Shown: piece by piece, positions 17,443 to 26,389 of the stretch
How positions within the stretch are numbered: the stretch's first letter is position 1
How the letters are laid out: each line of letters begins with the position of its first letter
DNA from: Candidatus Falkowbacteria bacterium
GTDB lineage: Bacteria > Patescibacteriota > Patescibacteriia > Patescibacteriales > XYC2-FULL-47-12
Length of the DNA: 41,380 nucleotides
Assembly: GCA_043811275.1 (NCBI GenBank)
Contig: JBDRNG010000005.1
Coordinates: 1 to 41,380, forward strand
Direction: 5' to 3'
Translations under genes and position numbers: made by a program
Notes under the pieces: model-generated
The model's input: only the letters and a program-made list of their open reading frames with translations
The model's database searches: none
What the model was told of the DNA's origin: nothing

Positions 17443-18012
17443 ATGTTAAACAAAAAATTTTTACAAAAATTAAATAAAGATTACGAAGAAAAATCAGGAG
17501 AGCGTCGGCAAATTATTAGCCGCGCTAATATTATTTTACACGATTCTAAACGGGTTATTTTTGCCTTGCATCGGGAAGATATAAAAACAGCCGAGCAATC
17601 ATTGAAAGAAATAGAAAAGACCTTGCAACAAATGGAGAAAAAATTCGGTTATAACAGATTAATTCAAGAAGGCGCCTATAATGCCGGCGTAGAAGAATAT
17701 GTAGAAGCTAAAATGTTTTATAAAATAGTTAATAATGAAAAGATTGATAAAATTAAGGGAATTAATTTAAGCATAGACACTTACATCGGAGGCATTTGCG
17801 ATACCACTGGAGAGCTCGTGCGCTTAGCGACTAATAAAGCAGCGCAGGGGAACATGGAAGATGTTCATAAAATTAAAGATATAGTCAGTGATATTTTAGC
17901 GGAATTAGTGGAGTTTAATATAACTGGATATTTGCGCACTAAATATGATCAAGCTAAGGGAAATTTGCGAAAAGTTGAACAAGTTGTTTATGACATTAAT
18001 ATTAGGAAATAG
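17443..18012 (+). CDS. Translin-family-like protein
   Basis: YIGGICDTTGELVRLA resembles the translin signature (Y.gG..DltGEl.R). Confidence 0.55.
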   Translation: MLNKKFLQKLNKDYEEKSGERRQIISRANIILHDSKRVIFALHREDIKTAEQSLKEIEKTLQQMEKKFGYNRLIQEGAYNAGVEEYVEAKMFYKIVNNEKIDKIKGINLSIDTYIGGICDTTGELVRLATNKAAQGNMEDVHKIKDIVSDILAELVEFNITGYLRTKYDQAKGNLRKVEQVVYDINIRK

Positions 18013-18074
18013 TTATTAGTTACTTAGTTAGATAGTTTACCCCGCCTATAAAAGGCTGGGGTTAATTAGTTTCT

Positions 18075-18566
18075 ATGAAAATAGCAATTATTTCAGATAC
18101 TCACGATAATATACCGAACTTGGAAAAGGCGTTGGCGTGGATGAAACAAAATAATATAAAGCAATTGATTTGCTGTGGTGATGTCTGTAATAGTGAAACT
18201 TTAAAATATTTAGCAGAGAGTTTTAAGAATAAAATCCACTTAGTTTATGGTAACATGGAACTTTACGAACAAAATGAAGCAAAACAGTATGATAATATTA
18301 ATTTTTTAGGGCGTTATGGAATTGTCAGCATAAATAATAAGCAAATTGGAATATGCCATGAGCCATGGTTTGTAGATAAAATTTTAGAACAAGATAAATA
18401 TGATATTATTTTTTATGGTCATACTCATAAGCCGTGGGATGAGATGGTGAAAAAAATCAGAATGCTAAATCCGGGAACTTTAGCTGGCATGTTTTATAAA
18501 GCTACTTTTGCGGTTTGGGATACGGAGAATAATAATTTTGAGCTTAAAGTTTTAGAAGAGATGTAA
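18075..18566 (+). CDS. YfcE/MJ0936-type metallophosphoesterase
   Basis: ISDTHDN, CCGD and GHTHKP motifs. Confidence 0.8.
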   Translation: MKIAIISDTHDNIPNLEKALAWMKQNNIKQLICCGDVCNSETLKYLAESFKNKIHLVYGNMELYEQNEAKQYDNINFLGRYGIVSINNKQIGICHEPWFVDKILEQDKYDIIFYGHTHKPWDEMVKKIRMLNPGTLAGMFYKATFAVWDTENNNFELKVLEEM

Positions 18567-18708
18567 TAAATACCAAATACCAAAGTTCAAAATTCAAAAC
18601 AAATTTAAAATCTAAATTTATAAAATTCAAAACACGACGGCCGAGTTTAAAAATTTGAATTTTGAATTTTAATATTATTTTGGATTTTGTGCTTAGGATT
18701 TTGGAATT
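18567..18708. repeat. Family A AT-rich long inverted repeat with a small GC apex (cgacggccg)
   Basis: The arm ccaaataccaaagttcaaaattcaaaacaaat pairs with tttgaattttgaatttt...ttttggattttgtgcttaggattttgg. Confidence 0.7.
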
Positions 18709-18715
18709 AAAAAAA

Positions 18716-18742
18716 CAGGGAATAACGACCCTGTTTTTTATT
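18716..18742. terminator. Bidirectional terminator between the phosphoesterase gene and efp
   Basis: caggg-aataacga-ccctg with flanking A- and T-runs. Confidence 0.65.
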
Positions 18743-18748
18743 TAAAGA

Positions 18749-19306
18749 TTATCCTCTCTCTACATATTCTCCTGTTTCTGTATTAACTTTAATTTTATCT
18801 CCTTCATTAATAAACATGGGGGCTGAAATTTCTACTCCGGTTTCTAACGTAATTACTTTAGTGATATTGCCAGCAGAATTTCCTTTTACTCCTGGAGGAG
18901 CGGATGTTACTTTAAGACTAATTTTCGGCGGGAGTTTTACAGATACCGGCCGATTTTCAAAATATAATACTTTTACATCAGTTCCATCTTTAAGCCAATT
19001 CATAGCATCGCCTAGCTGTTCAATAGATAAATTAAACTGTTCATAGCTTTCATTATCCATAAAGTAAGCGTCGTCACTGTCTTTATATAAGTATTGAGAA
19101 TTTTTTTCTTGAGTAGTTGCTGCTTCAGCTTTGTCATTACCTTGAAAAGTTTTTTCTAAAACATTACCACTAATTAAATTTTTTAATTTTATTTTAAGCA
19201 CGGCTCCGCCTCGAGCTACCTTACTGTGGGCAGATTTAATAACAACATAAGGTTCGTTGTTGATTTTAAGCAGAGAACCAAGTTTTATTTCGTTGAGAGA
19301 CAACAT
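18749..19306 (-). CDS. efp: Elongation factor P
   Basis: Length and the conserved SAHSKVARGGAVLKIKLKNL loop region. Confidence 0.9.
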   Translation of the reverse strand: MLSLNEIKLGSLLKINNEPYVVIKSAHSKVARGGAVLKIKLKNLISGNVLEKTFQGNDKAEAATTQEKNSQYLYKDSDDAYFMDNESYEQFNLSIEQLGDAMNWLKDGTDVKVLYFENRPVSVKLPPKISLKVTSAPPGVKGNSAGNITKVITLETGVEISAPMFINEGDKIKVNTETGEYVERG

Positions 19307-19419
19307 GTGTTTGCCATTAATAAAGATTAGTAATTAATTAGTGTACATTCGTGGGATAAATTTAAAATTACTAATTATCACAAATTTGTTCACTAATTTT
19401 ACTAATAAATTTAGGATGC

Positions 19420-19644
19420 TTATCGTGGTACAAACGGCAAGACAGAGATTAGACGTGCTCGCTTAATAGCAGTCGCTAATTTGCGCTGGTGTTTAGAACA
19501 AACACCAGTTCTTTTTTTAGGCAGTATTTTTAAATAAGAACTTAAAAAGCGTCTTAAAAGTTGTGAATCTTTATATTCCACATCTTTTAAATTATTAACG
19601 CAAAAGTAGCATTGCTTTTCTTTTTTTAATGGTTTTGGTTTCAT
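19420..19644 (-). CDS. rpsR: 30S ribosomal protein S18 (bS18)
   Basis: CYFC...YKD..LLRRF.S...KILP.KRTG.C.KHQR.L..AIKRAR. Confidence 0.9.
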   Translation of the reverse strand: MKPKPLKKEKQCYFCVNNLKDVEYKDSQLLRRFLSSYLKILPKKRTGVCSKHQRKLATAIKRARLISVLPFVPR

Positions 19645-19682
19645 ATGTTCAAGGGATGTTCAATGGATTTAAAAAATTAATT

Positions 19683-19875
19683 AACCATTAATCCGAATAC
19701 TCTGTGCTTATCTAAAATTACTTGCAACCATTCGAATGCCCCAAATATTTTCTACTCGCCTGCCAAAGCTATGCTTTACATTGCGGGCAGGCAAATTCTA
19801 CAAATTATTTTATCCAAATTCGTAGCATTCGCATAGTTGCACATTAAATTAGATCCGTACAAATTATTCGGATCA
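19683..19875. repeat. Family C palindromic repeat, copy 3, between ssb and rpsR
   Basis: aaccattaatccgaatactctgtg..., aaattcgtagcattcgcatagttgca, ...attattcggat. Confidence 0.75.
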
Positions 19876-19918
19876 AACAATCATCTATGTTAATAAGTCC
19901 AAATAAAGGCCTGTTAGT

Positions 19919-20446
19919 TTAGAAGGGTATATTTTCTACTTTAATATCTTCAATTGAATCAGCGTCAGATCCATCATTAGCAATTGGATTCATGTCTTCA
20001 ATAGGATTAATATTAGTTGGCACGTCTTGATCAATAACAGGAATTTCATCCATTGGAGATACGGGTGTTATTGGAGTTGGAGCTGGAGTAAATCCACCAC
20101 CTTGCGCAGATCCTGACGCAGAACCTAATAGAATCATATTATCAGCAATAATTTCAGTGCGGAAACGACGGATACCGTCTTGGCCAGTCCATTCACGAGT
20201 TTGTAAACGACCTTCAATAAAGATTTGTTTACCTTTTTTAATATATTGACCACAAATTTCTCCCAGTTTTCGCCAAGCAACAATATTATGAAATTCAACT
20301 TTTTCTTGCGCCTGTCCTTGTGCATCAGTCCATTTTAAATTTGTGGCTACTGAAAAATTTGCTACTGTTTGTCCTGATGGCGTAGTGCGCACTTCAGGGT
20401 CGCGAGTAGCATTGCCGATGACTTGAGCTCTATTTAGATTCATCAT
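19919..20446 (-). CDS. ssb: Single-stranded DNA-binding protein
   Basis: N-terminal OB fold MNLNRAQVIGNATRDPEVR, with an acidic C-terminal tip ENIPF. Confidence 0.9.
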   Translation of the reverse strand: MMNLNRAQVIGNATRDPEVRTTPSGQTVANFSVATNLKWTDAQGQAQEKVEFHNIVAWRKLGEICGQYIKKGKQIFIEGRLQTREWTGQDGIRRFRTEIIADNMILLGSASGSAQGGGFTPAPTPITPVSPMDEIPVIDQDVPTNINPIEDMNPIANDGSDADSIEDIKVENIPF

Positions 20447-20498
20447 ATATTTATATTATTAGTAAATTATTTTGAGCTTTATAACTCAAGGAAATTAT

Positions 20499-21047
20499 TT
20501 AAATTAAATCTTCAGTATTGTCTAAAATTTTATCTAATTTTTCATCAAGCTGTTTCATGTCAACTTCTTTCGTTTCTTTCTTTTTAATTGGAGCTGGTAC
20601 AGAAATAGAGGCAAATGGTTTTTTTTGTTCTGCTGTTGCTCTACTTGCTTTTTTCTCAGCAATTTCTTCCGCTCGTTTTTCAGCAACTTTCTGTTCATTT
20701 TTAGCCTCCGCCTTAGTTTTAATTCGTTTAATAACGACTAAATAGCGTAAGATTTCCTCACTAAGGCGCAAGTGTTTTTCTAATTTTTTAAGACTATCTG
20801 GTTTTAAGTCAAATTCAATAATGAAATAATAAGCATGATAAAAGTGCTTAATAGGGTAAGATAATCTGCGTTTGCCCCAATTTTCTTCAGCGATAATTGT
20901 CCCGCCATTACCCGTAATTAACTTTAGCACAGAAGATGTAATTGGTTCAAGTTCATCCTCGCTGAACTTGTTGGAAATTAAATAAACAAGCTCATAACGT
21001 TTTAAATCATCATTATATTCATTTGGTTGTTGTTTTTCTTCGATCAT
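20499..21047 (-). CDS. rpsF: 30S ribosomal protein S6 (bS6) with a C-terminal extension
   Basis: YELVYLI..., WGKRRLSYPI, and the rpsF-ssb-rpsR gene order. Confidence 0.85.
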   Translation of the reverse strand: MIEEKQQPNEYNDDLKRYELVYLISNKFSEDELEPITSSVLKLITGNGGTIIAEENWGKRRLSYPIKHFYHAYYFIIEFDLKPDSLKKLEKHLRLSEEILRYLVVIKRIKTKAEAKNEQKVAEKRAEEIAEKKASRATAEQKKPFASISVPAPIKKKETKEVDMKQLDEKLDKILDNTEDLI

Positions 21048-21074
21048 ATTATTTTAAGTTATATAATGCCGTAT

Positions 21075-21250
21075 TTTTGTCATTCTGAACGGAGTCCCGA
21101 CGCTTCGGGACGAAGTGAAGAATCTATAATATTTTAATAATAGCAACTATCACGTATTACCCGCCTGTCCCGCTGATGCAGTCAGACGGGCAGGTAGATC
21201 TTTCCCCGCTCAATGCGCTACGTTTATGAGCGGGTCAAGATGACAAAAAA
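21075..21250. repeat. MITE-like element bounded by tttttgtcat...atgacaaaaa, with internal GC-rich hairpins
   Basis: Terminal inverted repeat read directly. Internal hairpins are gtcccgacgcttcgggac and cgcctgtcccgc...gacgggcagg. Confidence 0.65.
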
Positions 21251-21475
21251 TAAGTAATTTTGTAGTTTAAAATAGTTAGAAATAAAATATCCCACAGGCA
21301 TCCTTAGCTCATTGTGGGAGTTGAGAAATACCTTAATTACATGTTCCCGAGTAATCGGGACTGTAATTTGCCCTGAAATATCAGGGGTTGGGAAGGTGTT
21401 GATTAAGTTGTAAAGATACTATAACATAAGCATGAAAAATTTGCAAGAGTAAAGAAATTAAGTTAATCTAAAAAC

Positions 21476-22759
21476 ATGCAATACTTCTTCATCCTCGGCA
21501 ACAATCTAACCTTATCATTCGCAGAATTAGTGTCTGTTTTAAATTTAAAACAGGAACAAGTTTTATTTTTGTCGGAAAAAGCTATGATAGCAGATGTTCG
21601 TGAAGAGTTAGATGTTCAGAGAATGATAAGAAGATTAGGAGGAACTATAAAGATAGGCGTGATTAATGGTCAATCTTCAATTATCAATCTTCAATTATCA
21701 ATTTTCAATGAACAAATTTTCAATGAAGCGAATATTAACGGTAAATTTAATTTTGGCATTTCATATTATGGCCCATCCTTCGCTAAAGCTACGGAGGGTA
21801 AATTCAATGAAAAAAGTTTGGCAATGGAATTAAAAAAAGCGCTAAAAGAAAAAGGTGTAAATTCAAGATGGGTTACATCTCGTGAGGAACAGCTTTCATC
21901 TGTGGTAGTGGAACAGAATAAGTTAATAGGGGATAAAGGTATAGAAATTGTAATCATCAATGATCGTAAAACTAATTATATTGGCAAAACTTTAGCAGTT
22001 CAGCCGTTCAAAGAATTATCTAAGCGAGATTATGGCCGACCAGGACGAGATGATCGTTCGGGAATGTTACCACCAAAGCTGGCGCAGATCGCCCTCACCC
22101 TAACCCTCTCCCAGAGGGAGAGGGGACAATCTTCACCTCGTGAATTTGTATTACTAGATCCTTTCTGCGGTTCTGGCACAATTTTAACCGAAGCGATGTT
22201 AATGAACGCCCTCACTCCTAATCCGCTTTTCTCAAAAATAATTGGTTGTGATAAGAGCGAAAAGGCAGTTAGCAATACGCGTGAAAATTTTCAATTTACA
22301 ATTTCCAATTTTCATTCAATTTTCAATAAAAAAATTTCCAATGATCAATTAAAATTATTTCAGTGCGATGTTAAAAATTTAAGTAATAAAATAAAACCAA
22401 ATTCTATTGATGCGGTTGTGACTGAACCATATTTGGGCCCATCAAATATAAGGCGAGATAGGAATTCTATTGAAAAAGTTGTGAAAGAATTAGAGCAGTT
22501 ATATCATGAAGCGATTTTAGAATTTGAAAAAGCGCTTAAATCTAAAGGTAGAGTAGTAATGATCTGGCCGGTATTTAGAGTTGACAACGGTGATATTATG
22601 TTAAATACTAAAAATATTCTTAAACATAGTTCTTTTGAAATAATTAATCCTTTGAAGGATTTTGATTATAAAGTTTTAAAGTTGACCAACAGAAATACCA
22701 TAATTTATGGCAGGGAAGGGCAGAAGGTCTGGCGGGAGATTGTAATTTTGGAAAAATAA
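21476..22759 (+). CDS. Class I SAM-dependent methyltransferase (UPF0020/Trm11-like putative RNA methylase) carrying several in-frame repeat insertions
   Basis: MLPPKLAQI...LLDPFCGSGTILTEA and VTEPYLG motifs. Confidence 0.7.
   Translation: MQYFFILGNNLTLSFAELVSVLNLKQEQVLFLSEKAMIADVREELDVQRMIRRLGGTIKIGVINGQSSIINLQLSIFNEQIFNEANINGKFNFGISYYGPSFAKATEGKFNEKSLAMELKKALKEKGVNSRWVTSREEQLSSVVVEQNKLIGDKGIEIVIINDRKTNYIGKTLAVQPFKELSKRDYGRPGRDDRSGMLPPKLAQIALTLTLSQRERGQSSPREFVLLDPFCGSGTILTEAMLMNALTPNPLFSKIIGCDKSEKAVSNTRENFQFTISNFHSIFNKKISNDQLKLFQCDVKNLSNKIKPNSIDAVVTEPYLGPSNIRRDRNSIEKVVKELEQLYHEAILEFEKALKSKGRVVMIWPVFRVDNGDIMLNTKNILKHSSFEIINPLKDFDYKVLKLTNRNTIIYGREGQKVWREIVILEK
22091..22126. repeat. Palindromic GC-rich repeat (family G: ccctcRccctaaccctctccc-aga-gggagaggg) in frame in the methyltransferase
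   Basis: Read directly. It is translated as ALTLTLSQRERG. Confidence 0.85.
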
Positions 22760-22775
22760 AAAAAAGGAGAAGAAA

Positions 22776-22907
22776 ATGTCTAAAAGAGAAAAGAAAAGTA
22801 AAAACAAGCCAACGTTTACTCTTACTGGCGAGCAGAAGCAACGTGTTTTTAAAAAATGGATGTCATGGCCATGGCGTTTTCTTTTTGGCAAGAAAAAGGA
22901 GGCCTAA
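22776..22907 (+). CDS. Candidate 43-aa basic peptide, absent from the ORF track
   Basis: SD aaggaga lies 7 nt upstream. The peptide begins MSKREKKSKNKPTFTLTGEQKQRVFKKW..., and the terminator at 22939 follows. Confidence 0.35.
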   Translation: MSKREKKSKNKPTFTLTGEQKQRVFKKWMSWPWRFLFGKKKEA

Positions 22908-22938
22908 GAGGGATTTATAAGCAAAATAGCACATTATA

Positions 22939-22967
22939 ATCCAGAGTATCACACTCTGGATTTTTTT
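22939..22967 (+). terminator. Intrinsic terminator
   Basis: atccagagt-atcac-actctggat followed by a T-run. Confidence 0.7.
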
Positions 22968-23086
22968 ATATTTAAATTTGCTAAAATTACAATGATTATA
23001 TATACTATAATTAGGTTTTTCTAAATAAAATATTAAAAATAAACTTCGCCTCTTTAAGAGAGGTGCGAGGTGAAAAGGAGAAAATC

Positions 23087-23314
23087 ATGAATAATAATAA
23101 AGAAGAAGACTTTATTCCAGGAAGCAAAGAGTGGAATGATGTATTAAATACTGATTTGCCTAAAGTAAAAATAACAAAAGAAATGGTTGAGCGATCACAA
23201 AAAGCAAGTAGAGGAGTTAGAAGTAGTGTAAGAATATCAACAGGAATAGTTTGGGCTGATGATGAATATGAAGAATACAGGAATAAAATTTTAAATCCTT
23301 CTTTTTTACCGTAA
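23087..23314 (+). CDS. Hypothetical protein (75 aa from the SD-preceded ATG; the track starts at an upstream GTG, 23063)
   Basis: aaaaggag-aaaatc-ATG. Confidence 0.4.
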   Translation: MNNNKEEDFIPGSKEWNDVLNTDLPKVKITKEMVERSQKASRGVRSSVRISTGIVWADDEYEEYRNKILNPSFLP

Positions 23315-23360
23315 CAATGTAATTTTATTAAGCGAATAAATCAGGAAAGGAGAATTGATA

Positions 23361-23534
23361 ATGGAAACTTTAACAGGTGAGGAATTAATAGAACAACTTG
23401 AAAGAAGTGACAATATTCGTCGGGTAGAACAAGATATTGAATACCGAGAGGACTTGAGCGCATTTGTGTGGCCCGTGTTAATAACGATAGGCGCAATAGG
23501 ATTAATGTGGGTATCTACGTTCTTTACAAAGTAA
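23361..23534 (+). CDS. Candidate 57-aa tail-anchored membrane protein, absent from the ORF track
   Basis: SD aaaggag. METLTGEELIEQLERSDN...FVWPVLITIGAIGLMWVSTFFTK. Confidence 0.4.
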   Translation: METLTGEELIEQLERSDNIRRVEQDIEYREDLSAFVWPVLITIGAIGLMWVSTFFTK

Positions 23535-23553
23535 TAATATAAAAATAAAAATT

Positions 23554-23588
23554 AGACCCGAGATTTATTTTGGGTCTTTTGCTTTTTT
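23554..23588 (+). terminator. Intrinsic terminator
   Basis: agaccc...gggtct followed by ttttgctttttt. Confidence 0.65.
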
Positions 23589-23673
23589 AGAACAAATTCT
23601 GTAAGCTATAAGTAATTATTTTAATAGAGGACGTTGCAATGCTAACGGGATTGCCACGACCCCTGGCCTCGCA

Positions 23674-24699
23674 ATGACAAACGAAGACAACAATAGGATA
23701 ATTAGCCCTACAGAAAATAACGGTGATTTGGCGTTAGATCAAAGTTTGCGCCCCAAAAATTTAGGCGAATATGTAGGACAAGATAAGATTAAAGATAATC
23801 TGCATATTTTTATGCAGGCGGCTAAAAATAGGAACGAGCCGATTGAGCATGTTCTACTTTATGGCGCTCCTGGATTAGGTAAGACGACGCTAGCTCATGT
23901 GATAGCGAATGAAATGGGTGTAAATTGTCGGGTTACTTCAGGACCGGCTGTAGAAAAAGCTGGCGACTTGGCGGCTATTTTAAGCAATATGGGTGAAGGC
24001 GATATTTTATTTATAGATGAAATTCATCGATTAAATAAAACCATTGAAGAGATTTTATATCCAGCCATGGAAGATTACGCCTTGGACATTATTATTGGTA
24101 AAGGGCCAAGCGCGCGGACTTTACGAATTGATTTAGCGAAATTTACCATTATCGGCGCGACCACTAAGATGAGCATGCTATCTGCTCCTCTGCGCGATCG
24201 GTTTGGTTCTACTTATCATTTAGATTTTTATAATATTAATGATATTGAAAAAATTATTCAACGAAGCGCTAATATTTTAAATGTGCAGTTAGAAATGAGC
24301 GCTTGCGACCATATTGCTCGTCGTTCTCGTCGCACTCCGCGGGTAGCTAACAGATTATTAAAGCGGGTGCGCGATTATGCAGAAGTTAAACATGATGGAA
24401 ATATAACGCCAAGTATTAGCCAACAAGCATTAGATATGCTAGAGATTGATAGCTTAGGATTAGATTATGTTGATCGGAAAATTTTACATACCATTATGGA
24501 AAAATTTAGCGGCGGCCCGGCTGGCTTAAATAGTATTGCGGCGGCGACTGGCGAAGAAATGGCGACCATTGAAGATGTGTATGAGCCATATTTATTACAA
24601 CTTGGATTTATTGAACGAACTCCCCGAGGTCGGACAGTAACCGATTTGGCAAAAGAGCATTTAGGGGTTAAAATAAAAGCACAAAGTGGTTTATTATAA
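23674..24699 (+). CDS. ruvB: Holliday junction branch migration ATPase RuvB
   Basis: [33 protein letters not shown] and [15 protein letters not shown]. Confidence 0.95.
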   Translation: MTNEDNNRIISPTENNGDLALDQSLRPKNLGEYVGQDKIKDNLHIFMQAAKNRNEPIEHVLLYGAPGLGKTTLAHVIANEMGVNCRVTSGPAVEKAGDLAAILSNMGEGDILFIDEIHRLNKTIEEILYPAMEDYALDIIIGKGPSARTLRIDLAKFTIIGATTKMSMLSAPLRDRFGSTYHLDFYNINDIEKIIQRSANILNVQLEMSACDHIARRSRRTPRVANRLLKRVRDYAEVKHDGNITPSISQQALDMLEIDSLGLDYVDRKILHTIMEKFSGGPAGLNSIAAATGEEMATIEDVYEPYLLQLGFIERTPRGRTVTDLAKEHLGVKIKAQSGLL

Positions 24700-24740
24700 A
24701 TATTGTACCTTAATAATCAAAAATAAGGAGGGAATACATA

Positions 24741-24863
24741 ATGTTTGTTGACGCGATTATAGTAAGTGTTTTTGGCGCTAGTTTTATCGGTTGTGCTATC
24801 TTCATAAGAGAATTTTTCTTTTTGGGTTATGAAAGTGGAGAGAGAGGTAAGCGATATGAATAA
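24741..24863 (+). CDS. Candidate 40-aa hydrophobic peptide, absent from the ORF track
   Basis: SD aaggaggg. MFVDAIIVSVFGASFIGCAIFIREFFFLGYESGERGKRYE. Confidence 0.3.
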   Translation: MFVDAIIVSVFGASFIGCAIFIREFFFLGYESGERGKRYE

Positions 24864-25041
24864 ATCAGCAGAAGAATCAGAAAGTTTAGATGACTTTTTT
24901 TGTGAAGAGCGTTCTTATTCTGATCCAGAAGTGAAATTGTTCTGGGAAACATTATCTGAAGAAATTGCTCCGATAATAAGGGAGAATGCTCGTGGCAGAA
25001 TGAGATCTTTAGCTTTTGCACATAAAATTGTAGTTGCATGA
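24856..25041 (+). CDS. Small acidic hypothetical protein (internal ATG of the track ORF 24829-25041), overlapping the previous stop
   Basis: ATG embedded in atATGAataa (start/stop overlap). Confidence 0.3.
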   Translation: MNKSAEESESLDDFFCEERSYSDPEVKLFWETLSEEIAPIIRENARGRMRSLAFAHKIVVA

Positions 25042-25057
25042 AAGGAAGGAGAAAAAT

Positions 25058-25198
25058 ATGGACGCGCTCATTCTCATCCTTTTTTGTTGCTTGTATTGGT
25101 ATTTTATGTATCGCATTGGTCATCCATCAAAAAAGCATCCACAATGCAGAAGATCAGAAGCAGGTATACATTATGGCATTGGGGATCGCCAGGATTAA
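25058..25198 (+). CDS. Candidate 46-aa peptide (the alternative reading is the track ORF 25038-25223)
   Basis: aaggaaggag lies 7 nt upstream of the ATG. Two frames are open here and the sequence alone cannot decide between them. Confidence 0.25.
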   Translation: MDALILILFCCLYWYFMYRIGHPSKKHPQCRRSEAGIHYGIGDRQD

Positions 25199-25223
25199 AT
25201 TTTTCGCTCTTTATATAAAATAA

Positions 25224-25252
25224 ATCCCACCTTTTACAGGGCGGGATTTTTT
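25224..25252. terminator. Bidirectional terminator
   Basis: atcccac...gcgggat followed by a T-run. Confidence 0.55.
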
Positions 25253-25273
25253 GTGTTAAAAGATGAATTTATA

Positions 25274-25462
25274 TTATTCCAAAGGACTTTCTAATTCATC
25301 TAAAATTTCATTAAGCATATCACGATCACGGCGTAAAACAGTTTGCGAAGCATTTGTCCATCCTTCATCAGCAATAGTGCTTGCTGGACCACCGCTATCA
25401 ACCGTGCGGTTTTCATAATACTCTTCTGTCATGTGCGGTTTACCTTTATATACATCGGTCAT
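25274..25462 (-). CDS. Small hypothetical protein
   Basis: SD aggagg upstream. The second ATG is taken as the start. Confidence 0.4.
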   Translation of the reverse strand: MTDVYKGKPHMTEEYYENRTVDSGGPASTIADEGWTNASQTVLRRDRDMLNEILDELESPLE

Positions 25463-25611
25463 AGTCATTACCTCCTAGATTAAAGATCTGTATATATTTT
25501 ATCATAATTTTGTAAAATTTGCCAAAATTGCAATAATAAGCTATATTAAAGTAAGATTATGTGTTTTATTAATAATTCTTAATTTATAATTTTTAATTCT
25601 CAATTCAAAAT

Positions 25612-25812
25612 ATGTCAGTACCAAAAAAACGTAGAACAAGAAGTTCGGTTAAGAGACGACAGTCTCATCACTCGTTAAAAAAGAAAAATTTAGCTGTTTG
25701 TTTGCAGTGTGGTAAAGCAATTTTATCTCATACTGTTTGTTTAATTTGTGGCTATTATAAAGGCAAACAAGTTATTAAAATTAAAAGTAAAGTTGATAAA
25801 AAGAAGAAGTAA
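25612..25812 (+). CDS. rpmF: 50S ribosomal protein L32 (bL32)
   Basis: MSVPKKRRTRSSVKRRQSH...C..CG......H..C..CGYY. Confidence 0.9.
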   Translation: MSVPKKRRTRSSVKRRQSHHSLKKKNLAVCLQCGKAILSHTVCLICGYYKGKQVIKIKSKVDKKKK

Positions 25813-25842
25813 CTTTTTGATTTTAAACTTTAAACTAATTTT

Positions 25843-26301
25843 ATGTCCAATCGTCATCTTTCTAGAACAATCGCTATGCAAGCTCTTTATCAATGGGATT
25901 TTAATGGACAGAAAGAAAAAAATATCAAGGGTTTGTTAAAAAAGTGCATGCAGGAGTTCGCGCCTGATTTTGAAGATGATCAGTTTGCTTATAAACTTGT
26001 CAAAGGGGTGATTGATAATTTGAAAGAGATCAATGAACAGATTATTAACTATGCTCCAGAATGGCCATTAGATCAGATTACTAATGTTGACAGAAATATT
26101 TTGCGCATTGGAGTTTATGAAATGCTTTTTAATAAAGACATTCCTGATAAAGTAGCGATTAATGAAGCGATTGAAATTGCTAAAGCATACGGGGGAGAAG
26201 CAAGTGGAAAATTTATTAATGGCGTGCTAGGCGCGATCTTTAAAGATTTACAAGCATCTGAAAATGCAAACCCCGCAGAAGACGGGGCAAGTAAAAAATA
26301 A
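25843..26301 (+). CDS. nusB: Transcription antitermination factor NusB
   Basis: [26 protein letters not shown] and the [13 protein letters not shown]...FINGVL pattern. Confidence 0.9.
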   Translation: MSNRHLSRTIAMQALYQWDFNGQKEKNIKGLLKKCMQEFAPDFEDDQFAYKLVKGVIDNLKEINEQIINYAPEWPLDQITNVDRNILRIGVYEMLFNKDIPDKVAINEAIEIAKAYGGEASGKFINGVLGAIFKDLQASENANPAEDGASKK

Positions 26302-26389
26302 TTAATTTAATATATTGTTAAATTATTGAATTGTTAAATTTTTTTAAAAAGTAATTAAACAATTCAACAATAGAGCAATCCTAACTATC

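Noticed and set aside
25038-25223. Track ORF of 61 aa as the definitive third gene downstream of ruvB
   Set aside because: An alternative frame (25058-25198) has the better SD. Neither can be confirmed, so only a low-confidence call was made.
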